Shown: positions 40,793 to 48,912 of the stretch, one piece after another
Layout of the letters: every line of letters begins with the position of its first letter
How positions within the stretch are numbered: the first letter of the stretch is position 1
Origin: Candidatus Finniella inopinata
GTDB taxonomy: Bacteria > Pseudomonadota > Alphaproteobacteria > Paracaedibacterales > VGCI01
Direction of reading: 5' to 3'
Assembly: GCA_945877185.1 (NCBI GenBank)
Contig: CAMCRD010000003.1
Span: forward strand, 1-52,218
DNA length: 52,218 nt
The notes under the pieces: model-generated
Database searches by the model: none
What the model was told of the DNA's origin: nothing
What the model saw: the letters and a program-made list of their open reading frames with translations, nothing else
Program-made: the position numbers and the translations under genes

Positions 40793-41950
40793 TTAAGTTA
40801 AATTAGAAATTAAATCTATGTATATTTTCGTTTCATCTTGGCGGTTATGTTTTAATATATTCGCCAAAGAATCAAGGTCGTACTCTTTCAAAAGAGCTTC
40901 AATAGGAGTTATATCCATATTCTGGATGGATTTTACATTCTCCAAAAAACCAGAAAATTTTTCTTTTAAAAACAAATCAATATTCATTTTTTCCTTAGAT
41001 ATAGCCGCTTCATCCACATGAGAATTATACATACTTTTCATCATATTTCTTCCAGAAATTTGATGAAATTTTGGTAAATAAATGTTCTTTTCACTCTTAT
41101 ATACATCCAGAAGTTTAGAAAGAAGATGAGAATATCTTGTCTCTTTTTTAGATGTAAAATTATTTGTTTTTATATATTCTAACATGTTTATGCATAAGCC
41201 CATTTTTTTATGAATTAAGGCAAAAAGAGCATATTGATACATTTTATCAATATCATTATGATGAATAAGTGAATTGAAGTTTTTAATATAGACAAAATCA
41301 GCATACATAATTTGCTCTTCTGCCCTAAAACCTATAGGCAATGAAATCGGAGAAGCTCTGCCTATTGAATTTACATCTATTAACTCAAAACCCATACTAT
41401 TCAAAAGACGGTCTATCTCTGAGAATACACGTTGATTTTTATACAGTTCGATAAATTCAATTTCCAGCTGTATCCCTACAACACTCTGCGCAATAACATC
41501 TTTAGAACCCAGTAAAATGTCATATTCTGCTCCTTGAACATCTAATGACAAAAAATCTATGGGCAAGGATTTTTTTTTTAAAAGTTCTGATAAGGAAAAT
41601 GTTTCAATAAATACGCTCTCTTCTGATTTTAAACTATCTCCATATATAAACTCCCCATACTTAGGATATGTAACAGAAGAGAAGTTTTTATATTCTTCAT
41701 TAAAACGATAGAGAGAACTACCTGCTGGATGATACGTGATATAAAACTCTGCAGACCCCTTTTCCTTGCCTATACAATAAGGGAGAACCATAGTTTCCCC
41801 AAAATTCTCATACTTATTCTCTTGCATATGCTCTAAACAATCACGATCCGCATCATATAAAATCAAATGGAAATCTTTTAAAAGATTCCCTTTCTTTAGC
41901 GGAAAAGGAAAAGTGCCATTACGCCCTCCAATATGGTGGTAATGTATCAT
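40793..41950 (-). CDS. FkbM-family methyltransferase
   Basis: IGGRNG, SSLY, IDFLSLDVQGAEYDIL.G, LYKNQ..F..ID. Confidence 0.85.
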   Translation of the reverse strand: MIHYHHIGGRNGTFPFPLKKGNLLKDFHLILYDADRDCLEHMQENKYENFGETMVLPYCIGKEKGSAEFYITYHPAGSSLYRFNEEYKNFSSVTYPKYGEFIYGDSLKSEESVFIETFSLSELLKKKSLPIDFLSLDVQGAEYDILLGSKDVIAQSVVGIQLEIEFIELYKNQRVFSEIDRLLNSMGFELIDVNSIGRASPISLPIGFRAEEQIMYADFVYIKNFNSLIHHNDIDKMYQYALFALIHKKMGLCINMLEYIKTNNFTSKKETRYSHLLSKLLDVYKSEKNIYLPKFHQISGRNMMKSMYNSHVDEAAISKEKMNIDLFLKEKFSGFLENVKSIQNMDITPIEALLKEYDLDSLANILKHNRQDETKIYIDLISNLT

Positions 41951-41966
41951 TTTATTTTTTATCCTT

Positions 41967-43544
41967 TTAACTAACCATTCTTATGGCATCTTTATGACTA
42001 GACCAAGAGTGAGCTAATTCCAGTCGATCAATCTTATCCATAACTTCTTTTTGGGTGACCGGAATATTTCCCAAATGCTCACATTCAATAGCCGCAGCAA
42101 GAGAACCCAGAACACCTGCAATCACTTCATTACCTGTTACAATGTGAGCCAGAGTTGCATAGGCCAACAGAGCATCCCCTGCACCCACAGCGTCTAGGAC
42201 TTTATCGCTAAAGCTATCAACGATGAAGAAGGACCGCAGATCTGAATCCACATCTAAGCGATTGCGATAAACCAAAATACCTCGTTCACCAAGTTTCAAG
42301 ATCAAATTTTTACATTCGGCTTGTTTAAATAAATGGAGGGCGAGGGGGCGAACTACCGAATCCTGGTCTCCAAGAGAAAACCTTGCCTCTCGTTCATTGG
42401 GTGTAATCAGGTCGAAATCTTTAAAATCAAGAATGTTTCCCCACCGACTGGCGACCTGACTGTCAGCAACTTTGAAAGCATGGGAAGGAATGCTCTCGAT
42501 TAAGCTAGGAATTGTTGCTGCTGAGAAAATTCCATGTCGGAAATCACTAAAAATAACGCAATCCGTTGGTTCTGCTTCGAGTTGTTTTTTAAGGGCTTTG
42601 CATATTTTATCTGAAATGACCCGATTATCAAGGGTGTCCAATTTCAAGAGTCGATGAGCTTCGCAAATGATCGCATTCTTGTTTGTGGTTGGCCTTGACT
42701 CATCAATGATGGGCAGAACCTTAACGCCAAAATTGACCAAATCATTGAGGACAAAGTCTTTCCAAGCATCGTTTCCGAGAACCGTTGAAAAAGTGACATC
42801 CGCGCCTGCCGCTTTAAGATGCTTTGCAACAATTCCTGCCCCACCAACATAGTTTTCTTGAGTATCATGCCGGACAGACAAGGTTGGTGTCTTTGTTTGT
42901 CCACCGATCATTGTAGTGTATGTATACGTATCCACAATGGTGTCTCCAACAACATGAACGCGAATACCCTTAAATTTGTCAAAAGCTCCCCGCATGTCTT
43001 CTAAAGTAAGGCCCTCTCCGTCTAAAAGAGATTGGAGTTTTTCTTGGGATAGATTAGGTGGTGAATTCTCAATAATTGCAGAAGACGAATAGACGACATC
43101 ACCTGGGGTAAATAAAATCTCTCCCCCATAGGCATTAATAACGTCAAGCTCTTCTTGTGTTTTGGGATTCATGCTGCCGGAGACATACTCATATCCCTTG
43201 GCAAAGTAATCAGGCTGTAATTCAGACAAGGTTTTCAGGGGTTTTTCGTCAGGGTCAACATAAACGAAATCCACCATTTCTAAGGCAGCTAGGTTTAATG
43301 CGCGAAGGTCTTCTGAAATAAACGGGCGCACATTTGCTTTTTTGATATGGGCATCGCAGGTGATGCTCGCAATAAGGATATCCGCCGCGTGTTTTGCATA
43401 CATCAAGTGTCGAATGTGGCCAGGGTGAACAATATCAAATGTCCCATGGCACATGATAACTTTCTTATCCCGTGGAAAGGGGCCTATTATTTTTTTGATT
43501 TCGTCGAGGCTTTTAATTTTTGATCTATATTTAATGTCAATCAT
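41967..43544 (-). CDS. Bifunctional nucleotidyltransferase plus PfkB kinase (HldE/RfaE-like, reversed domain order)
   Basis: N-terminal HGTFDIVHPGH (HxGH), KG.EY, SSS. C-terminal GDTIVD, TPNEREAR, DAVGAGD. Confidence 0.88.
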   Translation of the reverse strand: MIDIKYRSKIKSLDEIKKIIGPFPRDKKVIMCHGTFDIVHPGHIRHLMYAKHAADILIASITCDAHIKKANVRPFISEDLRALNLAALEMVDFVYVDPDEKPLKTLSELQPDYFAKGYEYVSGSMNPKTQEELDVINAYGGEILFTPGDVVYSSSAIIENSPPNLSQEKLQSLLDGEGLTLEDMRGAFDKFKGIRVHVVGDTIVDTYTYTTMIGGQTKTPTLSVRHDTQENYVGGAGIVAKHLKAAGADVTFSTVLGNDAWKDFVLNDLVNFGVKVLPIIDESRPTTNKNAIICEAHRLLKLDTLDNRVISDKICKALKKQLEAEPTDCVIFSDFRHGIFSAATIPSLIESIPSHAFKVADSQVASRWGNILDFKDFDLITPNEREARFSLGDQDSVVRPLALHLFKQAECKNLILKLGERGILVYRNRLDVDSDLRSFFIVDSFSDKVLDAVGAGDALLAYATLAHIVTGNEVIAGVLGSLAAAIECEHLGNIPVTQKEVMDKIDRLELAHSWSSHKDAIRMVS

Positions 43545-44538
43545 GATTTGTTTGCTCTAAATTATTAAACCATATCGCTGTTGCGTCTTTGATAGACTCA
43601 GGCGTCCAAAGAGGCGCATTCTGCCAATACTCTATTTCGTCTAGAATCAGCTGAACACCCTCTTCAAAGGTAATTTCTGGCGACCATCCTAAATCTTTTT
43701 GAATCTTTGAAATATCCGCCCAAGTGCAATCTGGCTCTCCCGGGCGTTTTGGAATATACACCGTGTCTCCTTGAAGGAGCTCGACTAATTTATTTACAGA
43801 CTGAGGACTTCCAGCGCCCAAATTGTAAATCTCTCCTACTTTGGGCGTTTCTGCAGCTGCATAAAAGGCTCTGGCTACATCTGTTACATATAAAAAGTCC
43901 CGTTTTTGGGTTCCGTCTCCCACAATCGTAAATGGATGACCTGCCAACTTTTGCTTTAAAAATACGCCAAAAACAGCACCATAAGCTCCCGATGTCCGGG
44001 ATCGTGTGCCATAAGCATTAAAAATTCGAATAACATTCACAGGGAGTTTATAAACTTGCTGCCAATGAAAACAGGCTTGCTCTCCCTGGTATTTACTTAA
44101 AGCATAAGGATATTGCGGTTGAATAGGGTGATCTTCTTTTGTTGGTGTGCTCGCCAGTCCATAACAAGACGAAGAAGCGGCATAAACAAACTTCTTAATA
44201 CCAGCCACCCTTGCGGCTTCGAGAATTTTCACGGTGCCTTGAACATTTACATCCATATAATCAGATGGCTTTTCAATGGAGGGGACGATATCACCAATAC
44301 CTGCAAAGTGGAAAACGTACGAAGCCCCCTTAAATAAAGGATGATGAGGTGAAATTGACCTAATATCAGCCTCTTCAAAAACGAGGTCTGGGTTGGAATG
44401 ATGATGGCTTAAATTTTGCAGCCTTCCCCCATATAAATTATCAACAACATGGACTCGAAATCCTTGCTCAATCAAGAGATCAACAGTATGGCTCCCTATA
44501 AATCCAGCCCCACCGGTGACAACAGCAATTTCTTTCAT
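43537..44538 (-). CDS. NAD-dependent NDP-sugar epimerase/dehydratase (SDR)
   Basis: TGGAGFIG, AASSSCYG, YALSK, FNAYG, GDGTQKRDF. Confidence 0.9.
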   Translation of the reverse strand: MKEIAVVTGGAGFIGSHTVDLLIEQGFRVHVVDNLYGGRLQNLSHHHSNPDLVFEEADIRSISPHHPLFKGASYVFHFAGIGDIVPSIEKPSDYMDVNVQGTVKILEAARVAGIKKFVYAASSSCYGLASTPTKEDHPIQPQYPYALSKYQGEQACFHWQQVYKLPVNVIRIFNAYGTRSRTSGAYGAVFGVFLKQKLAGHPFTIVGDGTQKRDFLYVTDVARAFYAAAETPKVGEIYNLGAGSPQSVNKLVELLQGDTVYIPKRPGEPDCTWADISKIQKDLGWSPEITFEEGVQLILDEIEYWQNAPLWTPESIKDATAIWFNNLEQTNHD

Positions 44539-44541
44539 AAC

Positions 44542-45552
44542 TTAGGCAGCTTTTGTGGTTTTAAGATTGCGGACATTGATATATTCAGGATTATTCATGG
44601 AATCAACAAATTTGTTTTCTTTAAAAGCACGACAAATATCCCTCACCGCATCCTCAATAGTATGAAGCGGGGAAAATCCCAAAATATCCTTAATCTTATC
44701 GGAGTTAATGTGATAGGAGCGAAGATCATTGCTGGCCACTGTTTCAATATCAATCTGAGAATTTTCTGGAAACTCATTTTCAACAACATCGCGGACAATT
44801 TCGGCCAACTGGGATATTGATTGATTTTGATAGCCAATATTGAAAGTCTGACCTTGGATTTTTTCCCTTGGTGCTTGAAGCATCAGTTTGTAAACGTTAC
44901 ACATATCCTGTATGTGAAGATTTGGGCGAAGCTGAGACCCCCCAAAAACAGAAATTTTACGATTGTTAACCGCATGATTTGTTAGAATGTTAACAGATAG
45001 GTCAAACCGCATACGTGGGCTGTATCCGCAAATGGTGGCGGGTCTAATTGTAACGCAAGTAAAACTATCATCTTGATATTTAAAGAGAAGCGGCTCACAC
45101 ATCCCTTTGTACTTATTATATAATGTGAGAGGAACAAGGGGGTGTTCTTCCGTAACGTCTGGAGCTTCTGAAACCCCATAGACTGAACTGCTTGAACAAT
45201 ATACAAACCGCTTAACCCCTGATTCTTTTGCAGTTTTTACGAGATCCTCGAAACAATCATAGTTAATACTTTTGCTAAGCCCTTCATCCAGCTCAAAACT
45301 GGGATCATTTGAAATGCAGGCTAGATGAAGAACAACGTCAACTCCTTCACAAGCTTTTTTAAAGGCAGCATTATTTCGAATATCTTCTTTGATGACCGTC
45401 AACTTTTGATGGGGCTTTAAATAACACCCAAAATATTGGGTATCATAAACAATGATATCATTTCCCTGTTCTAATAACTGAGGGATCAATAATGTCCCAA
45501 CGTAACCCGCACCACCTGTGACCAATACTGTTTGCATCTTCATATCCCTCAT
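44542..45552 (-). CDS. NAD-dependent NDP-sugar epimerase/dehydratase (SDR)
   Basis: TGGAGYVG, HLACISNDP, SSSSVYG, YNKYK, RFDLSVN. Confidence 0.9.
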   Translation of the reverse strand: MRDMKMQTVLVTGGAGYVGTLLIPQLLEQGNDIIVYDTQYFGCYLKPHQKLTVIKEDIRNNAAFKKACEGVDVVLHLACISNDPSFELDEGLSKSINYDCFEDLVKTAKESGVKRFVYCSSSSVYGVSEAPDVTEEHPLVPLTLYNKYKGMCEPLLFKYQDDSFTCVTIRPATICGYSPRMRFDLSVNILTNHAVNNRKISVFGGSQLRPNLHIQDMCNVYKLMLQAPREKIQGQTFNIGYQNQSISQLAEIVRDVVENEFPENSQIDIETVASNDLRSYHINSDKIKDILGFSPLHTIEDAVRDICRAFKENKFVDSMNNPEYINVRNLKTTKAA

Positions 45553-46265
45553 GCCGCTATTTTAAATCCAGCTTCTTTCGCATCATTATAAAACATTTGA
45601 ACAGTTTCTAGGCTGTATTCCGTCAAGTCCTTCCCTAAAAGGTTAAGCTTACCTAAGATATCTGATGTGGCTGTGATAATGTCACAACCCACGCTATCTG
45701 CTTGAATAACATTGAGAACTTCACGAGGGCTTGCCCATAATAACTCCAGTTTCGATTGATGGCGCATCATATCTTTAGCCTCTTTCATTAAGGGAGCCGG
45801 ATCAACGCCCGTATCAGCGATACGACCCGCAAATATAGAGATAATTGCTGGAATACCCTCGTTCAAAGCACCCATAATTTCTTGCACTTGACCGATCGTA
45901 AATACAGCCGTTACATTCAGCTTTACGCCCTTAGCCGACAATTCTTTGATCACAAGCGACGTTGATTCGCCACTTGTGTTTGTGACGGGAATTTTTATGT
46001 AGATATTTTCTCCCCAAGAATCGATTTCCAAAGCTTGGTCAACCATACCCTGATGATCATCAGCAAACACTTCGAATGAAATCGGCTTACCACGAATAAC
46101 TCTTAAGCAGTCTAGAGCGAATCTTTTATAATCAGCTGTTCCGGCTTTTCTTATTAAGGTAGGATTTGTTGTCAAACCTTGGATCCAATCGTACGATGCC
46201 ATTTTTTCTATGACAGAAAGGTCAGCCCCATCCGCATAAAGCTTAATTTTTAAATCATTTTTCAT
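45549..46265 (-). CDS. Short (FSA/TalC-type) transaldolase dedicated to the glycan locus
   Basis: YADGA, TTNPT, SFEVF, Schiff-base Lys in YIKIP, NVTAVF, SIFAGRIAD, LWASPRE. Confidence 0.9.
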   Translation of the reverse strand: MKNDLKIKLYADGADLSVIEKMASYDWIQGLTTNPTLIRKAGTADYKRFALDCLRVIRGKPISFEVFADDHQGMVDQALEIDSWGENIYIKIPVTNTSGESTSLVIKELSAKGVKLNVTAVFTIGQVQEIMGALNEGIPAIISIFAGRIADTGVDPAPLMKEAKDMMRHQSKLELLWASPREVLNVIQADSVGCDIITATSDILGKLNLLGKDLTEYSLETVQMFYNDAKEAGFKIAA

Positions 46266-46801
46266 GCCTTTTTCAAACCTTCTTGTTCAATGATATAATC
46301 TTTTGCTTGTGTTAATGTGTTGCAAATATAATCAGGGTTAAAAATCATTTTTTCGGTGTAATTTCTATCGAGCAGAATGGTTTTATAGCATCCTGCATTA
46401 ATTCCCGCCCCAATATCACGCCAACGATCACCAATCATATAGCTTTTCTTCAATTTTATGCCAAACTCTTCTGCAGCCTTTAAGAGCATCCCAGGATTCG
46501 GTTTATAATCTGAACTACCTTCGTCTATGCATATTCTTATGCTGTCTAAGGGTAAATTATCTATAAGTTTTTGGTGCATAGCCTCAACAACTTCTACTAG
46601 TTGAGTGTCGCGAGATATATCTGGTTGATTTGTAACGACAATTAGTTTAAAGCCCCCTCGTTTAAACTCGTTGAGCGCCCCATGGGCATCTTCATAGATT
46701 TTGAATTCTTCTAATGTTTGAGGCGGGAAAGGTTTACCTGCCCGTATCATAGGATAGTTCAATACGCCATCCCTGTCTAAAAATATGGCTTTATTTATAA
46801 T
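46262..46801 (-). CDS. gmhB: HAD-IIIA sugar-bisphosphate phosphatase (GmhB-like)
   Basis: The frame extends upstream of the ORF-track TTG to IINKAIFLDRDGVLN (HAD motif I); also VTNQPD, KPNPGM, IGDRWRDI. An in-frame TAA lies at 46802-46804, so the start is uncertain. Confidence 0.85.
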   Translation of the reverse strand: MINKAIFLDRDGVLNYPMIRAGKPFPPQTLEEFKIYEDAHGALNEFKRGGFKLIVVTNQPDISRDTQLVEVVEAMHQKLIDNLPLDSIRICIDEGSSDYKPNPGMLLKAAEEFGIKLKKSYMIGDRWRDIGAGINAGCYKTILLDRNYTEKMIFNPDYICNTLTQAKDYIIEQEGLKKA

Positions 46802-46826
46802 TTAAGTGCTCTTTCCCATAGCTGCC

Positions 46827-46856
46827 GCAGTCCGGGTGAAAATCACCCCAGACTGC
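46827..46856 (-). promoter_or_regulatory. GC-rich stem-loop in the leader of the glycan operon
   Basis: Minus strand GCAGTC-TG-GGGTGA-TTT-TCACCC-G-GACTGC; no downstream U-tract on either strand. Confidence 0.5.
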
Positions 46857-46960
46857 AAAAATTGTATTTAACTTTCATTCTTGCAAAAACACAAGAGTTT
46901 CATAACGCTCATAACTTATTCTAAAAGAATAAAGTCAAGAGCGACGCTGTTCCCACTGCT

Positions 46961-47557
46961 TCATTTTACATCCCCCTCGCCAAAGGAACTTCTTGAAATA
47001 TGCAACAAATACAAGGTGAGAAGCCGATTTGGGTCAACTTTCTCTTTAATAGAATCATAGGTGCCTTGAGGGTTCATCACATCTGTAACCAAAATTGCAT
47101 CATAGGCCTTTAAGTCTGCGTCTTCACTGACAAAAGAAACGTCCAGACCATTTCCGTGGGCGACAAGTTGAGCAATGTCGGCAAGGTCCCCGGCGCCAAC
47201 AAGGCCAATTTTTTGCCATCCTTTATGCTGACATTCCTCAAAAAGAACTTCGCATTGGGTTCTCGCATCACGGAAAAAAGTTAAGGAGCGCGCTAAATAA
47301 TCTTTCACCATATGGCTTTTTTCTTTAAACCCTTCTGGGGTTAGAAAATAGGTAATGCGGCGGGGAGAAATTTGGGTAGCGCGAATCCAGCCCTTTGTTA
47401 CACAGCTTTTTAGATATTGATTCATGAGCCCCAAAGCAATCCCAAGCTCAGAAGCTAAGCCACGCTGAGTAAATGAGGGATTGCCTTCAATTTCCGTTAA
47501 GAGATGAACCATCACCTTTTGTTCTGTTTGCTGCCGAGTATCTTGGAAAGCTGCCAT
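46961..47557 (-). CDS. MarR-family EPS-associated winged-helix regulator (TIGR04176-like) with C-terminal Rossmann-like domain
   Basis: TQRGLASELGIALGLMN.YLK, KGW, YFLTPEGF.EK; C-terminal GLVGAGDLA. Confidence 0.88.
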   Translation of the reverse strand: MAAFQDTRQQTEQKVMVHLLTEIEGNPSFTQRGLASELGIALGLMNQYLKSCVTKGWIRATQISPRRITYFLTPEGFKEKSHMVKDYLARSLTFFRDARTQCEVLFEECQHKGWQKIGLVGAGDLADIAQLVAHGNGLDVSFVSEDADLKAYDAILVTDVMNPQGTYDSIKEKVDPNRLLTLYLLHISRSSFGEGDVK

Positions 47558-47598
47558 TTTTGTTCGTTGAATCCGATATTAAATTGATAGCTATTTAT

Positions 47599-47639
47599 GT
47601 TCATGAACGAAACTTACACGCCCGTATTTCAGCAGTCAA
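47599..47639 (-). promoter_or_regulatory. Putative sigma70 promoter of the regulator, with palindrome near +1
   Basis: TTGACT (47639-47634), 17 nt ending in TG, TAAGTT (47616-47611); palindrome GTTCATGAAC at 47599-47608. Confidence 0.55.
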
Positions 47640-47748
47640 GCTTTTTGTGCCAAAAAATTATTGACTTGAAAGGTCAAGGGGAGGGGGCTCTTAAGAGCAA
47701 ACAAAAGGCGTTTAAGCAATAAGGTTGGCTTTGAGTTTTGTAAATTTA

Positions 47749-47835
47749 TGGTGCCCGCTGCCGGACTCGAACCGGCACGACTTTTGGTCGACAGATTTTA
47801 AGTCTGTTGTGTCTACCAAATTCCACCAAGCAGGC
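47749..47835 (-). tRNA. tRNA-Leu (anticodon TAA)
   Basis: GCCTGCT acceptor, anticodon arm ACAGA-CTTAAAA-TCTGT, long variable arm, GGTTCGAGTCC, encoded CCA; 87 nt. Confidence 0.95.
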
Positions 47836-47845
47836 GCCATGGGCA

Positions 47846-47874
47846 ACTTTAATCATTTCTCGTCCACCTTTCAA
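47846..47874 (-). promoter_or_regulatory. Putative sigma70 promoter for tRNA-Leu
   Basis: TTGAAA, 17 nt, TAAAGT ending 10 nt upstream of the tRNA 5' end. Confidence 0.5.
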
Positions 47875-47926
47875 CAAAAACTGTACGCGCTTTCTAATAT
47901 TATGTGATAGTTTATGCCTCGAGCGA

Positions 47927-48016
47927 GGAGGAGTGCCGGAGTGGTCGAACGGGACGGTCTCGAAAACCGTTGTGCGCGTAAGCGTACCGTGGGTTCGAAT
48001 CCCACCTCCTCCGCCA
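47927..48016 (+). tRNA. tRNA-Ser (anticodon CGA)
   Basis: GGAGGAG...CTCCTCC acceptor, anticodon arm ACGGT-CTCGAAA-ACCGT, long variable arm, GGTTCGAATCC, discriminator G plus CCA; 90 nt. Confidence 0.95.
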
Positions 48017-48056
48017 TTATGATTAGGTAGGGCCTTGTGCCCTCCCTAATCATAAT
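48016..48056. terminator. Long hairpin directly after tRNA-Ser
   Basis: ATTATGATTAGG-T-AGGGC-CTTGT-GCCCT-C-CCTAATCATAAT (17 paired positions, 1 mismatch); no clear U-tract. Confidence 0.5.
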
Positions 48057-48071
48057 ATTGTGGAAAAGTGA

Positions 48072-48319
48072 ATTCGAACCCACGGTCAATAAAAATTGGG
48101 GTTCGGGCCGACCGTAGGGAGGCAACGCGCGTGAGCGCGATAATCCCACCTCCACCACCACCCGCCGTCGCGCGGAACGCGCTAAGGCGTGGTGTCACGA
48201 CGTAGCTAAAATTACGCTGTAGCTTGTACCAAGTCGTAGCTTTAGCGAAGACTGGTAAGCGAAAGCGAATGAAAGCGAAGGCGGACAAAATTAAAGCGGC
48301 TTCGGACCCACGGTTAATA
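48072..48319. repeat. tRNA-derived repeats plus REP-like palindromic element
   Basis: 48072-48086 is the exact reverse complement of tRNA-Ser 47986-48000. 48142-48160 matches the tRNA 3' end 17/19. 48301-48319 repeats 48073-48091 17/19. Contains a GTCGTAGCTTTAGCGAAGAC palindrome. Confidence 0.75.
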
Positions 48320-48339
48320 TAATTAGGATTGAAGGATAG

Positions 48340-48886
48340 TATGATTTTTTGGAATGTAAACAAATTAAAGAGCAAGATAATTAGTAAAGAATTATCGGAA
48401 ACTAACTATTTTCTATATTTTCTCATCTCAACTTCTATAGGCTGTGTTGAGATATTTAGGCTCATGATGAACGATTTTTCATACCTAAGCTTTACATGCC
48501 TAATTATTCTTGGTCTTATATTGCCTATAATTTGCTTCTTAGCTAATCAATATTATAAAGTTCCTCATTTTATAGAAAAATATTATGCTCTAAGCTTTGT
48601 TGTGGTTATTAGATTTTTGGTGTTTCTTCTGTTATTTGTTGTGGCGTCTTGCATTGTAGTAATATCTATTAGCTTTATTTTAAAATTTGTTGCTCCGGAA
48701 AAGGTTATTTTTATATCTCAATCTCTGAAATATTTCAGCGAACAAATGGCTCAATCCACTAGCTTTCTTCATATTGGTCAACAATTGGTCGTTGTCAGTA
48801 TATTTTGTTTGTATACATTAATGCATTATCGAGATTTATGTCAGAAGTATGCGGGTAAATGTAAAGAAGAGAAGGTTCATAATTAA
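48340..48886 (+). CDS. Hypothetical integral membrane protein
   Basis: About 4 hydrophobic segments; AAGGA upstream of the ATG at 48340. Confidence 0.7.
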
Positions 48887-48912
48887 AGAGACTATTAAGT
48901 GAAACATCCCCT

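Noticed and set aside
46827-46856. Rho-independent terminator
   Set aside because: No U-tract follows the stem on either strand; retained only as a leader hairpin.
47725-48375. ORFs 47725-47907, 47807-48022, 47871-48161 and 48046-48375
   Set aside because: They overlap the tRNA genes and GC-rich palindromic repeats; these are shadow ORFs.
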